Part shown: in pieces, positions 1 through 9,761 of the stretch
How the letters are laid out: every line of letters begins with the position of its first letter
Numbering within the stretch: the stretch's first letter is position 1
Source: an uncultured Methylophilaceae bacterium
GTDB taxonomy: Bacteria; Pseudomonadota; Gammaproteobacteria; Burkholderiales; Methylophilaceae
DNA length: 64,000 bases
Direction of reading: 5' to 3'
Assembly: GCA_964620425.1 (NCBI GenBank)
Contig: CAZUGV010000008.1
Span: 3,628 to 67,627, forward strand
The notes under the pieces: model-generated
What the model saw: the letters and a program-made list of their open reading frames with translations, nothing else
What the model was told of the DNA's origin: nothing
The model's database searches: none
Made by a program: the position numbers and the translations under genes

Positions 1-789
1 TTGTGGACATTGCTTGCGTTTTCCGCGTGGTAGGTGGGAGGCATGACGACCGCTTTCATACAGTTGCCAACCTTGTTCGTAAGCGCCCATCAATAGGCAA
101 AATATGGAGAAGTTCCAGTGCACTGATGGGTTGTTGGGTTCTAGCAAGAGTGCTTGCATATAGCACTCTTGTGCGGCTTCGTAATTTTGCATGTCTAAAT
201 GCAAATTCGCTAAGTTGCAATAGGCTAATGTGCTTTGTAGGTTTAAATCGAGAATTGTTTGGTAATCTTGTAATGCCTTTTGATGTTGACCTAGCGCATT
301 GAAGACGCTACCGCGATTAAGTAATGCTTCTGCTAGGTTTGGGGCTAAGGCAAGGGCTTGGTTACAGGTGGTTAGCGCATCTTCATATCGTTGCAAACAA
401 TATAAAAGCACTGCGCGGCTGTTTAATGCGGCTAGCGATGTCGGGTTTTTGGTGAGCACAAAGTCATGGTGCGCTAACGCAAATTCAAACTGCTCTAGTT
501 CATACAGCACATTGCCACAGTTAATCAGTGCACTTTCGTCATTAGGGTTAATGGCGAGTGCTTGATTAAAATATTCTAGCGCCTCTGCGAGGTTTTTCTG
601 CGAGTAGAGATACATACCTTGTTGATAAAGCGCTGCAAATCGTCGCGCATTTGAGTCGGTTAGATTCAGGTGTGCACTGTCTTTATGTGGTTCTGTGTCA
701 TTTACAGTTGAATTACTTGTCGTTGAGTTACTTGTAGTTGAGTTATAAGTGGAGTGCTGGGGTGTTACATTGGTCATCTCGGTCAACAT
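1..789 (-). CDS. TPR-repeat protein, N-terminal part (gene runs off the left edge)
   Basis: Absent from the ORF track because it has no stop codon inside the window. My translation of the reverse strand from ATG 789 (alternative ATG 777) stays open to position 1. It reads MTNVTPQHSTYNSTTSNSTTSNSTVNDT...FAALYQQGMYLYSQKNLAEALEYFNQALAINPNDESALINCGNVLYELEQFEFALAHHDFVLTKNP...LNRGSVFNALGQHQKALQDYQTILDLN...NLANLHLDMQNYEAAQECYMQALLLEPNN, which gives several 34-aa TPR units. It starts about 60 nt downstream of fliE on the same strand. The + strand ORFs 3..302 and 299..565 are its antisense shadows. Confidence 0.7.
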   Translation of the reverse strand, partial: MLTEMTNVTPQHSTYNSTTSNSTTSNSTVNDTEPHKDSAHLNLTDSNARRFAALYQQGMYLYSQKNLAEALEYFNQALAINPNDESALINCGNVLYELEQFEFALAHHDFVLTKNPTSLAALNSRAVLLYCLQRYEDALTTCNQALALAPNLAEALLNRGSVFNALGQHQKALQDYQTILDLNLQSTLAYCNLANLHLDMQNYEAAQECYMQALLLEPNNPSVHWNFSIFCLLMGAYEQGWQLYESGRHASHLPRGKRKQCPQ

Positions 790-846
790 TGCATTTATCC
801 ATTCATTTGTTTTGATCAGGTGTTTGATTTTTATTGAACTGACTCA

Positions 847-1209
847 TCAAACCTGCATATTCATAATGTCATGATAGGCGGAAACCAATTTGTTGCGGAC
901 TTGTATAGTCGCTTGCAAGGAGATGTTAGCTTTTTGTCCTGCAATCATCACGTCTGATAAGCTGACACTGTCATCACCCGCTGTAAACTGCTTGCCTAAT
1001 TTGTCTGCACTAGCTTGCATATTATTGACTTGATCTAAAGAAGATTTTAAGGCTTTAGAAAAATCAAGCTTGGTGCTGCTTTGTGTCGATTGAGCCCCAT
1101 GCAAACCTAAACTGCTAGCAACACTATCTGTTTGCGGCTTTTGCGCTGCAGCTCTGAGTTGCGCGAGCATAGACTCTATGCGGCTTGAGTCGATTCCACC
1201 TGCTTTCAT
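847..1209 (-). CDS. fliE: flagellar hook-basal body complex protein FliE
   Basis: 120 aa. The C-terminus SLSDVMIAGQKANISLQATIQVRNKLVSAYHDIMNMQV matches the conserved FliE C-terminus. Strong SD (GGAGGTG) upstream. Divergent from fliF, the usual arrangement. Confidence 0.9.
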   Translation of the reverse strand: MKAGGIDSSRIESMLAQLRAAAQKPQTDSVASSLGLHGAQSTQSSTKLDFSKALKSSLDQVNNMQASADKLGKQFTAGDDSVSLSDVMIAGQKANISLQATIQVRNKLVSAYHDIMNMQV

Positions 1210-1399
1210 CTTACACCTCCACTAACTTTAATTGATGTGACTAATTTAGCATTTTTCAATGTTGACTAGCTTGCAAATAAGCCAAGGAAAATTGCTCTAT
1301 TCCAACCTTTGATTTTTGTAAAAAACGAGATAATGGATTCAAATTATTTGATGTGTTGTCATATACATATTCAGAAGCAAGGTATAACGGAGATTTAAG

Positions 1400-3073
1400 A
1401 TGGCTGAAGCTGTTGTAGATACTGCTAGTACGATTAACCCAACTGGGCCTGGGCAGTTAGGTAACAAATTATTACTCGTTGCAGGCATTGCCGCCGTATT
1501 AGCTGTCATGGTTGTGTTTTGGTTGTGGAGTCAGCAACCAGATTATCGCGTGTTGTTTTCAAACTATGCCGATAAAGACGGTGGTGCAATTGTGGCTGAA
1601 CTTGAGAAAATGAATATCCCTTATAAGTTTTCGGACAGCGGTACTGCGATTCTGGTGCCCGCTGCTGAAGTGCATCAGGCGCGTCTAAAACTCGCATCGC
1701 AAGGCTTGCCCAAAGGCGGCAATATTGGCTTTGAAGTATTAGAAAACCAAAAATTCGGCGTTTCACAATTTGTTGAGCAAGTGAATTTTCAACGCGCTTT
1801 AGAAGGTGAGTTGGAGAAAAGCGTTCAATCAATTGGCGCTGTTGAGGTTGCGCGTATTCATTTGGCGATTCCTAAGCCTTCTGTATTTGTGCGTGATCAA
1901 CAGAAGCCAACGGCTTCTGTGCTACTCAACTTGCGTGCAGGCCGTAGTTTAGATGCGCAGCAGGTGAGCGCTATTGTGCATTTAGTGGCTTCAAGTGTGC
2001 CAGATCTGCCAGCGGGCAACGTGACGGTAGTCGATCAAAATGGCAATTTACTTTCAGACACTAGCAAGAAAAAAGGGCCTAATAACTTAGACCCTGATCA
2101 GCTGAAATACGTTGAGGATATGCAGCAGAGTATTGTTAAACGAGTAGAGTCGATTATAGCACCGATTGTTGGGCAAAAAAACGTGCATGCTGAAGCCAGT
2201 GCAGAGATTGATTTCTCTTCTCTAGAACAAGCCGCAGAAACCTATAAGCCGAATCAAAAACCTGACGAAATAGCCATTCGTAGCCAACAAAGTAATGAGT
2301 CACAAAGTGCGAGTGGAGCAGGCACTTCTGGTGTCACAGGTGCATTGTCAAACCAACCACCCGCTCCCGCGACGGCGCCTCTAGCAACTGATCCGAACGC
2401 GCCAGCAACACCAGCCGCTTCGGCAGCTCCTCCAGTCAATACCCAGAAAAACTCGACTACCAATTATGAGGTAGATAAAACAGTGCGTTATATGCAGCAA
2501 TCGATGGGGGGTATTAAACGCCTGAATGTTGCAGTTGTGGTGAACAACATGCAAGTCATCGACAAAAAAGGCAAAGTGAGTTATCGCCCGTTGACCGAGG
2601 CCGAGAAGAAACAAATTAATGACTTAGCCATGCAAGCGATGGGCTTTAATAAAGAGCGTGGAGACTCACTCACTGTAGTGAATAGTTCTTTTGCCAGCAC
2701 GCCAGAAGAGGTATTGCCAGAAGTGCCGCTTTGGAAGCAGCCAGAAATGATTGAGTACGCAAAAGATGCATTACGTTTCATCATTGGCTTGGTTGTGTTG
2801 ATGATGCTCCATAAAAAATTATTAAAACCCATGTTGGCTAAGCTCACACCACCACCTGCGTTGCCGCCAGTGTCAGAATCTGCACAATTAGAAAATAGTA
2901 CTTCTGGCGATGACGATACGATGGTGACGATTACTAGTGAAGATGGGCAAGTGCGACGTATTGGCAACGCCGAGTACGAGCGGCGAATTGAGGAAGCAAA
3001 ACAAATTGCGAAAGAGAACCCAAGAATGGTAGCGGGGTTAGTCACAGGCTGGGCAAGTGGGAACGATAAATGA
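1400..3073 (+). CDS. fliF: flagellar M-ring protein FliF
   Basis: 557 aa with an N-terminal TM segment, a conserved periplasmic ring region (LENQKFGVSQFVEQVNFQRALEGELEKSV), a Pro/Ala-rich linker and a second TM. First gene of the fliFGHIJK order. Confidence 0.95.
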   Translation: MAEAVVDTASTINPTGPGQLGNKLLLVAGIAAVLAVMVVFWLWSQQPDYRVLFSNYADKDGGAIVAELEKMNIPYKFSDSGTAILVPAAEVHQARLKLASQGLPKGGNIGFEVLENQKFGVSQFVEQVNFQRALEGELEKSVQSIGAVEVARIHLAIPKPSVFVRDQQKPTASVLLNLRAGRSLDAQQVSAIVHLVASSVPDLPAGNVTVVDQNGNLLSDTSKKKGPNNLDPDQLKYVEDMQQSIVKRVESIIAPIVGQKNVHAEASAEIDFSSLEQAAETYKPNQKPDEIAIRSQQSNESQSASGAGTSGVTGALSNQPPAPATAPLATDPNAPATPAASAAPPVNTQKNSTTNYEVDKTVRYMQQSMGGIKRLNVAVVVNNMQVIDKKGKVSYRPLTEAEKKQINDLAMQAMGFNKERGDSLTVVNSSFASTPEEVLPEVPLWKQPEMIEYAKDALRFIIGLVVLMMLHKKLLKPMLAKLTPPPALPPVSESAQLENSTSGDDDTMVTITSEDGQVRRIGNAEYERRIEEAKQIAKENPRMVAGLVTGWASGNDK

Positions 3074-4068
3074 GTGAAGAGGGCGTAATGAAAAGTGCGA
3101 TTCTCATGCTCGCTGTTGGCGAGGATGAGGCCGCTGAGATCATGAAATTTTTGACACCGAAAGAGGTGCAAAAGTTAGGAATGGCAATGGCAACCCTTAA
3201 GGGGGTGGAGCGTGAAAAAGTTTCTGGCGTGATTGAGGAGTTTTTAACATTAGCTGAAAAAAGCAGCGATTTTGGCTTAGATTCTGATGAATATATCCGC
3301 TCTGTATTGAATAAAGCATTAGGTGAAGATAAAGCAGCCAATTTACTAAATCGTATTCTAACCAATCGCGATGCTGGTGGTATTGAAAGTTTGAAGTGGA
3401 TGGATTCGCTCACTGTTTCAGAGTTCATTAAAAATGAACACCCACAAATTATTGCCACAATTTTAGTGCATTTAGAGCCAGATCAAGCAGCGGAGGTGAT
3501 TGGGCATTTTACTGATCGATTACGTCAAGATGTGATGCTGCGAATTGCCACCTTAGACGGTGTAAAACCATTGGCACTTAAAGAGTTGAATGATGTGATG
3601 GCAAAAGTGTTGGCGGGCAATGAAGGTGTGAAGAAGCAGAAAATGGGCGGGATTAAAGTAGCCGCTGAGATTATGAATTATATGAATGGCGAAACTGAAT
3701 CTGTCGTGATGGATGGTTTGAAAAGCTATGACGCCGATATTGCCGACAAGATTATGGGCGAAATGTTTGTATTTGATGACATCATTGATATTGATGATAA
3801 AGGGATTCAAGTGATGTTGCGCGAAGTGCAATCCGAAACCTTGATTGTTGCTTTAAAAGGCACTACTGCTGAAATGCGCGACAAAATCTTTAAAAATATG
3901 TCTTCTCGTGCGGCTGAAATGATGCGTGAGGACTTGGAAAGTAAAGGGCCAGTTAAGTTGTCTGAGGTTGAGGCGCAACAAAAACAAATCCTGCAGGTTG
4001 TCCGTAGGCTTGCCGATGAAGGTCAAATCATGTTAGGCGGTAAAGGCGGAGACGATCAATATGTCTAG
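3070..4068 (+). CDS. fliG: flagellar motor switch protein FliG
   Basis: 332 aa with an ATGA overlap with fliF. Typical FliG sequence (AAILMLAVGEDEAAEIMKFL..., MFVFDDI, C-terminal torque helix region). Confidence 0.95.
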   Translation: MSEEGVMKSAILMLAVGEDEAAEIMKFLTPKEVQKLGMAMATLKGVEREKVSGVIEEFLTLAEKSSDFGLDSDEYIRSVLNKALGEDKAANLLNRILTNRDAGGIESLKWMDSLTVSEFIKNEHPQIIATILVHLEPDQAAEVIGHFTDRLRQDVMLRIATLDGVKPLALKELNDVMAKVLAGNEGVKKQKMGGIKVAAEIMNYMNGETESVVMDGLKSYDADIADKIMGEMFVFDDIIDIDDKGIQVMLREVQSETLIVALKGTTAEMRDKIFKNMSSRAAEMMREDLESKGPVKLSEVEAQQKQILQVVRRLADEGQIMLGGKGGDDQYV

Positions 4069-4714
4069 TATGGCAATGCCCAAAGAACAACAAACCGCTT
4101 ACCAACGTTGGGAAATGTCATCGTTTGCGCCTGATGGCGAAGAGTTGCTTGATGGCAGAACCAAAAAAGAACAGGAAGCAGACTCCAAAAGAATTGCACA
4201 ATTATACGAAAGTGTGCGGAAAGAGGCTTACACCGCAGGCATGCAGGAAGGCTTTGCGGTTGGGATGGCAAAGGCCAGAGAGTGCGCGGAAGACGATAGA
4301 CAAAGTTTTATTCGGTTGATGCAGTCGTTTGAAAAGTCATTAGGCACTGCCGATGAAAAAATTGCCGAGAACTTACTCGCGCTTGCGTTGGATATTGCCA
4401 AAGCGATGATTAAAACTAAACTGAATGTTGACCCAGCAAGCGTGATTCCCGTGGTGCAAGACGCCATTCATTACCTACCACATGTGCAAAAACCCGCCAG
4501 AATTACCGTAAATCATGAAGACGCACAGTTGCTTAGAGCTTATTTGGGTGAAGAGTTGTCCGAGAGTGTGTGGCAAGTGCAAGAAGATGATCAAATTGAG
4601 CGCGGTGGTTGCACTGTAGAAACTGGTGCGAATCAAATTGACGCAACGAATGATGTTAGGTGGAAGCGTATTAGTGAATCGCTGGGGCAGCATAATCAAT
4701 GGTTGCTCCCATGA
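4061..4714 (+). CDS. fliH: flagellar assembly protein FliH
   Basis: 217 aa, overlapping the fliG stop by 8 nt. Position between fliG and fliI, with a charged coiled N-terminal half and a FliH-like C-terminal half. Confidence 0.85.
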   Translation: MSSMAMPKEQQTAYQRWEMSSFAPDGEELLDGRTKKEQEADSKRIAQLYESVRKEAYTAGMQEGFAVGMAKARECAEDDRQSFIRLMQSFEKSLGTADEKIAENLLALALDIAKAMIKTKLNVDPASVIPVVQDAIHYLPHVQKPARITVNHEDAQLLRAYLGEELSESVWQVQEDDQIERGGCTVETGANQIDATNDVRWKRISESLGQHNQWLLP

Positions 4715-6159
4715 CAACTGAAGCTATTGAATCCACCTTGAAAGAGGATGAACAAATCGCACCTGCGCTGTTACACCAACAACGTTGGGCCAGTCACTTG
4801 CGTGATTGCGCTGAAATTTTGCGTATTGTCGAGCCGCTTGAGGTTGCCGGGCGTATCACAAAGTTGACAGGATTAGTGATGGAGGCTGTAGGCATTAAAT
4901 TACCCGTAGGTTGTGCTTGCTATGTGCCATTGGGAGAAGGACGCCGAGTTGAGGCAGAAGTGGTTGGCTTTGATGGTGAGCGCTTATTGCTAATGCCACA
5001 AAGCAGTGTGGATGGTGTTGTGCCAGGCGCAAAAGTATTTGCGTTGGATGTGGCTGATGCACTACCCAAGCCGCATTACAGCAATCCGCCACGTAGACGT
5101 GTGACTGATCGCGCAAGACATTTACCAGTAGGCTCGTGCCTGCTGGGTCGTGTATTGGATGGAGCAGGCAATCCGCTAGATGGGCTGGGCAAGATTAATG
5201 CAGAACACAGTGCACCCTTGAATGCGCGTCCGTTAAATCCGCTACAACGCGCACCGATTGAAGAGATTTTGGATGTAGGTGTGCGGGCTATCAATAGCAT
5301 GTTAACCGTTGGGCGAGGACAACGTATGGGCTTGTTTGCAGGTTCAGGCGTAGGTAAAAGTGTGTTACTTGGCATGATGGCGCGTTACACCACTGCCGAT
5401 GTCATTGTGGTTGGGCTGATTGGTGAGCGTGGTCGAGAGGTGCAAGAGTTTATTGAGCAAATTTTAGGCGCGGAAGGTTTAGCCCGTTCTGTTGTGGTTG
5501 CGGCGCCCGCTGATGCACCAGCTTTGCTTCGCTTACAAGGTGCTAATTACGCTACTACGATTGCTGAGCGTTTTCGTGATGAAGGCAAAAATGTCTTACT
5601 CATTATGGATTCACTCACCCGCTATGCCATGGCGCAACGCGAAATTGCCTTGGCCATTGGCGAGCCACCTGCGACCAAAGGTTATCCACCGTCAGTATTT
5701 GCTAAATTACCTGCTTTGGTTGAGCGTACGGGCAACGGAAAACGCGGAGAAGGCTCTATTACTGCTTTTTATACAGTATTGACAGAGGGGGATGATCAAC
5801 AAGACCCGATTGCCGATTCGGCGCGTGCGATTTTGGATGGACATATTGTATTAAGCCGTACCTTAGCTGAAAGTGGGCATTATCCTGCAATTGATGTAGA
5901 GCAATCTATTAGCCGCGCCATGCATAACATCACTAGCCCAGAGCATCAACAAGCTGCGCGCAAGCTCAAACAGCTTAATTCGCGTTATAGCCGCAGTATT
6001 GATTTAATCAATGTTGGCGCATACCAAGCAGGCAGCGATGCAGTATTAGACGAGGCGATTGCTAAGCATCAAGGCATTGAGAATTTTTTACAGCAAGCCA
6101 TTCATGAGCGTGCTGATGTATCACAGAGTTTGAGTGAACTTTCGGTGCTGATGTATTGA
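4699..6159 (+). CDS. fliI: flagellum-specific ATP synthase FliI
   Basis: 486 aa. Walker A GSGVGKS, a Walker B region [11 protein letters not shown], and F1/T3SS ATPase fold motifs. The start could also be ATG 4711. Confidence 0.95.
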   Translation: MVAPMTTEAIESTLKEDEQIAPALLHQQRWASHLRDCAEILRIVEPLEVAGRITKLTGLVMEAVGIKLPVGCACYVPLGEGRRVEAEVVGFDGERLLLMPQSSVDGVVPGAKVFALDVADALPKPHYSNPPRRRVTDRARHLPVGSCLLGRVLDGAGNPLDGLGKINAEHSAPLNARPLNPLQRAPIEEILDVGVRAINSMLTVGRGQRMGLFAGSGVGKSVLLGMMARYTTADVIVVGLIGERGREVQEFIEQILGAEGLARSVVVAAPADAPALLRLQGANYATTIAERFRDEGKNVLLIMDSLTRYAMAQREIALAIGEPPATKGYPPSVFAKLPALVERTGNGKRGEGSITAFYTVLTEGDDQQDPIADSARAILDGHIVLSRTLAESGHYPAIDVEQSISRAMHNITSPEHQQAARKLKQLNSRYSRSIDLINVGAYQAGSDAVLDEAIAKHQGIENFLQQAIHERADVSQSLSELSVLMY

Positions 6160-6223
6160 GTTTATTGAGAAAAGTTGAATCAATTATGTTTCGTAAGATT
6201 CGTGTGTAAAAGTTAGGTTTGTC

Positions 6224-6670
6224 ATGTCGCAACCGACTGTTCTGGTGACCTTGATTGAAATTGCAACCAAAGAATTGGAGTTGCAAACTGAGCAATTGGG
6301 GCGTGCAACTAAAGTATTAGATGATGCCTATGCTCAAGCAAAACTGTTACGTCAATATCGGCAAGATTATGTCGATAAATTGCAAGCCTCTATGCATGCT
6401 GGATTGAGTAAAGATGGGTATCAGAACTTTCAGAATTTTTTGTATAAATTAGACCAAGCGATTGCGGGTCAAGATGAGTTGGTGGCGCATGCAGAGCTTA
6501 GCTTGCAAGTGCAACGCGAGAAATGGCAAGAGGCGCAGCGTAAAAAATTATCGTATGAAGTGTTAGTGAGTCGTTCTGAGTCAAAAGCGCATAAATTGGA
6601 ATTAAAGCGCGATCAAAAAATGATGGATGAATATGCAATGCGCAGTAAAAGTAAACAGGCAAAGCAGTGA
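6224..6670 (+). CDS. fliJ: flagellar export chaperone FliJ
   Basis: 148 aa, all-helical and charged. Called from its size and its position after fliI. Confidence 0.8.
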   Translation: MSQPTVLVTLIEIATKELELQTEQLGRATKVLDDAYAQAKLLRQYRQDYVDKLQASMHAGLSKDGYQNFQNFLYKLDQAIAGQDELVAHAELSLQVQREKWQEAQRKKLSYEVLVSRSESKAHKLELKRDQKMMDEYAMRSKSKQAKQ

Positions 6671-6758
6671 AAAGCGCAACGCACTGTGTAGCTAGGCTGT
6701 GATCAACTTGCCTGCTAAACATTAGCGCTTTAATGAGGTTTAATAGAGGAAACAGAAT

Positions 6759-8276
6759 ATGCAAAACTCAAACATGATTTCGTCAAAAAGCTTGGCTTTA
6801 TCCAGCTTGGTGGATAATTCGAAGGGTAATAAGTCTGAGGTTAATGCGGTAAACGCAGCAGAGTCGCCCAATAGTTTTCAGCATATGTTTTCTAAAAAGC
6901 TACAGCAAGAGCAAGCCAATAAGCTTGCGAATCAACAGCAAGTGAATCAGAGCCAAGCAAATAAAACTTTAGAAAACCAGAAGACCAATACAAAAGCACA
7001 ACAAGCCAACGCGGAGTCTGCAAACGCAAGCCAAGTTGAAAAGCCCAATGCAACTGCAACTGCAACTGCAACCCAAGCCAATTTAGAGCCACCCAAAAAA
7101 CAAAATGCAGATGAAAATGCCAAGACTCAGGATGCAAGCGCAAAAGAGACGGCTGAGGATGCAGCCAATATGCAAGCGACGAAAATTGCGCTGGCTAAAA
7201 AAATCACCACCGCAGATTTAGTGGCTGATTTGAAATTAGCACAATCAAAAGGTAAAGCAGATGCCACTGTTGATGAAGCTAGTGAGGATGAGGCGTCAGT
7301 TAAAGATAAGACCAAAACCAACGTACAAGATATTTTGACTCAAGAGGCGTTGCAAGCAGCCGCACTGGTCGCAACACAGCTGGTTTCGCAAAAGCCGATG
7401 CCAGAGATGACCAACGCTGCTATTAAATCAGCGGTAGATTCAATTGAGGGTGATGGGGCACAAAAGTTAGCGCAGTCTAGTCAGATTGGCGCAGACTTAA
7501 ACCTAACAGCAAAGCCAAATGCGACTAGCACTGACCAAGATGCTAGCTTAGATCAAGAGAGCCTAAACAAACAAAGTGAACAATCAGAGTTAAGCAAACA
7601 AGCTTGGGTAGACGGGGTAGCGGGCAAATCTTCACAAGCCAATGCAGATAAACAAGCTGCCAATTTTGCGGAAAACTTAGCAGAAAAAGCGATGCAAGCC
7701 AACTTACAGAACGCAACTTTACAGAATGCAACAATGAAAAACGCGGAGCAGGTAAGTGCGCCTGTTAGTATGTCGCAGGTCAGTGCTTATCAATCCACAG
7801 CCAACAATCTGAATGCTTCCACCGCTGCCAATGGCGCAAGCAACTATATTGCGGCTTCGCCTGGTAAATCAGGTTGGGATCAAGCCTTGAGCCAAAAAGT
7901 GGTCTGGATGGTGGGTGCGGGTGAGCAGTCTGCTACGCTGAATTTAAATCCACCTGATTTAGGGCCATTGCAAGTGGTGATTAATGTGAATAATGACAAA
8001 GCAGATACTACGTTTATTTCACAAAATGTCGAGGTACGTAAGGCCTTAGAAGAGAGCATGTCTACGCTGCGCGATATGATGCAACAAGCGGGTGTCGAGC
8101 TAGGGCAGGCAAATGTCAGCACCAATAGTCAAGCACAGCAAAATTTTGAGCAGGCAAGCAAACAGGCAGGAAAATCATTGGCTAATCACGGCACATCAAA
8201 CGCCGTGCCTGAAAATCTGATGGGTTCGGCTGCGGTGGTACGCAGTACCAATGGTTTGGTCGATACCTTCGCGTAG
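6759..8276 (+). CDS. fliK: flagellar hook-length control protein FliK
   Basis: 505 aa. Q/A/N-rich low-complexity N-terminal ruler region and a conserved C-terminal domain (LNLNPPDLGPLQVVINVNNDKADTTFISQNVEVRKALE). Confidence 0.8.
   Translation: MQNSNMISSKSLALSSLVDNSKGNKSEVNAVNAAESPNSFQHMFSKKLQQEQANKLANQQQVNQSQANKTLENQKTNTKAQQANAESANASQVEKPNATATATATQANLEPPKKQNADENAKTQDASAKETAEDAANMQATKIALAKKITTADLVADLKLAQSKGKADATVDEASEDEASVKDKTKTNVQDILTQEALQAAALVATQLVSQKPMPEMTNAAIKSAVDSIEGDGAQKLAQSSQIGADLNLTAKPNATSTDQDASLDQESLNKQSEQSELSKQAWVDGVAGKSSQANADKQAANFAENLAEKAMQANLQNATLQNATMKNAEQVSAPVSMSQVSAYQSTANNLNASTAANGASNYIAASPGKSGWDQALSQKVVWMVGAGEQSATLNLNPPDLGPLQVVINVNNDKADTTFISQNVEVRKALEESMSTLRDMMQQAGVELGQANVSTNSQAQQNFEQASKQAGKSLANHGTSNAVPENLMGSAAVVRSTNGLVDTFA
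7050..7072 (+). repeat. GCAACT hexanucleotide tandem repeat (about 3.8 copies) inside fliK
   Basis: gcaactgcaactgcaactgcaac read directly from the sequence. It encodes the ATATATA run in the FliK ruler region and is in frame. Confidence 0.9.
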
Positions 8277-8456
8277 CCCTGGCTATATCATCGTTTCTGC
8301 ATTTGGGGATGCTATCGCCCAGTGCTATCGCCAAGTGCAACGTTTTCTTAAGCTATTCGTTCACAATCATGCTGTAATTTTATATTTCACAAATATGAAA
8401 TGAAACATTCCGTGTAAAATCATGGTCAATGCAAGATTGGCAATGAAAGCAAAAGA

Positions 8457-9761
8457 ATGTTTGATTTAAACGAGTTTAAACAGCGCAGGTTGAGTCTTAT
8501 TCAGGGCATGGCAGAGGGCGTCGCCATTATTCCAACATCCACTGAGTGTATACGCAATCGCGATAGCCATTATCCTTTCCGATTTGATAGCTACTTTTAT
8601 TACCTCACTGGTTTTAAAGAACCTGAATCTTTGCTAGTGTTAATCGCTGGGGCTGAACCGAAATCCATTTTATTTTGCCGTAATAAAGACCTAGACCGCG
8701 AAATTTGGGATGGTTTTCGTTATGGGCCAGAAGCAGCGAAAGTTGAGTTTGGCTTTGATGAGGCCTATTCGATAGATGAATTAGATGAGGTGATCCCTAA
8801 GTTGATGGGCAACCAACCTAAGTTATATTTTAGTTTAGGTGCAGATGCTAAGTGGGATACAAATACCACAGCTTGGTTGAATCAAATACGTGAGCAGGCT
8901 CGATCTGGAGTTCGGGTTCCAGATGCGGTACTTGATGTGCGTCAACTGGTGGATGCGTTGCGTTTGCTAAAATCGCCCTATGAGTTAGATTTAATGCGCC
9001 GCTCGGCAACCATCGCGGCAGGTGCACATTTACGCGCCATGCAAAAAACCAAAGTCGGCAAGATGGAATATGAAATTGAGGCGGAATTTCTGCACGAATT
9101 TTATCGCAAAGGTGCGCAAGCCCCAGCTTACACCAGCATTGTCGCAGGTGGAGCTAATGCGTGTACCTTGCATTACAACGCAAATAACGCTGTGCTAAAG
9201 GATGGTGATTTGTTGTTGATTGATGCTGGTTGTGAGTTGGATGGGTATGCCTCTGATATTACGCGCACTTTCCCCATCAACGGAAAATTTAGTGCGCCAC
9301 AAAAAGATTTATACGAATTGGTGCTTGCATCGCAAGCGGCGGCAATCAGCAAAGTGAATCCACAAAACCATTGGAATGCCCCACACGAAGCGGCTTTAGA
9401 TGTCTTGGTAGATGGCTTTATTCACTACGGCTTATGCAAAGGTACACGCGAACAAGTGCTGGAAAATGGAAGCTATCGCCAGTTTTACATGCATCGCACA
9501 GGGCATTGGCTAGGGTTGGATGTGCATGATGCAGGTGAGTATAAAGACCAAGCTGGGCAATGGCGTATGCTGCAAGCGGGCAATGTATTAACTGTCGAGC
9601 CAGGTTGCTATGTGCGCCCTGCGGAGAATGTGCCAGAACACTTTTGGAATATTGGCATCCGTATTGAAGATGATGCTGTTGTCACGGAAAGTGGTTACGA
9701 AATTATCACCGCAGGAGCGCCGAAAACCGTGGTTGAAATTGAAAGCCTGATGGCGCAATGA
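8457..9761 (+). CDS. pepP: Xaa-Pro aminopeptidase (aminopeptidase P)
   Basis: 434 aa. M24 pita-bread motifs (DAGCELDGYASDITRTFP, HRTGHWLGLDVHD, GIRIEDD). Followed by ubiH as in the E. coli pepP-ubiH-visC operon. Confidence 0.9.
   Translation: MFDLNEFKQRRLSLIQGMAEGVAIIPTSTECIRNRDSHYPFRFDSYFYYLTGFKEPESLLVLIAGAEPKSILFCRNKDLDREIWDGFRYGPEAAKVEFGFDEAYSIDELDEVIPKLMGNQPKLYFSLGADAKWDTNTTAWLNQIREQARSGVRVPDAVLDVRQLVDALRLLKSPYELDLMRRSATIAAGAHLRAMQKTKVGKMEYEIEAEFLHEFYRKGAQAPAYTSIVAGGANACTLHYNANNAVLKDGDLLLIDAGCELDGYASDITRTFPINGKFSAPQKDLYELVLASQAAAISKVNPQNHWNAPHEAALDVLVDGFIHYGLCKGTREQVLENGSYRQFYMHRTGHWLGLDVHDAGEYKDQAGQWRMLQAGNVLTVEPGCYVRPAENVPEHFWNIGIRIEDDAVVTESGYEIITAGAPKTVVEIESLMAQ

Noticed and set aside
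3-565. The + strand ORFs 3..302 and 299..565 from the ORF track.
   Set aside because: They are antisense to a clearly coding TPR-repeat frame on the minus strand. Their translations are low-complexity with no recognisable motifs.
1271-1286. A sigma54-like TGGC...TTGCA element on the minus strand upstream of fliE (tggcttatttgca).
   Set aside because: The GG and GC dinucleotides are 9 nt apart rather than the 12 nt (G-to-G) of the -24/-12 consensus, so it is not a credible RpoN promoter.
1568-1575. GCCGATAA matches to the FliA (sigma28) -10 box, here and at 13756-13763.
   Set aside because: Both are inside coding regions (fliF, bfr). Neither has a TAAA -35 element at the required 15-nt spacing.
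8310-8336. The short direct repeat gctatcgcccagt/gctatcgccaagt downstream of fliK.
   Set aside because: It is only two 13-nt copies with a mismatch in a 3' non-coding region. It is too short to distinguish from chance and has no associated structure.
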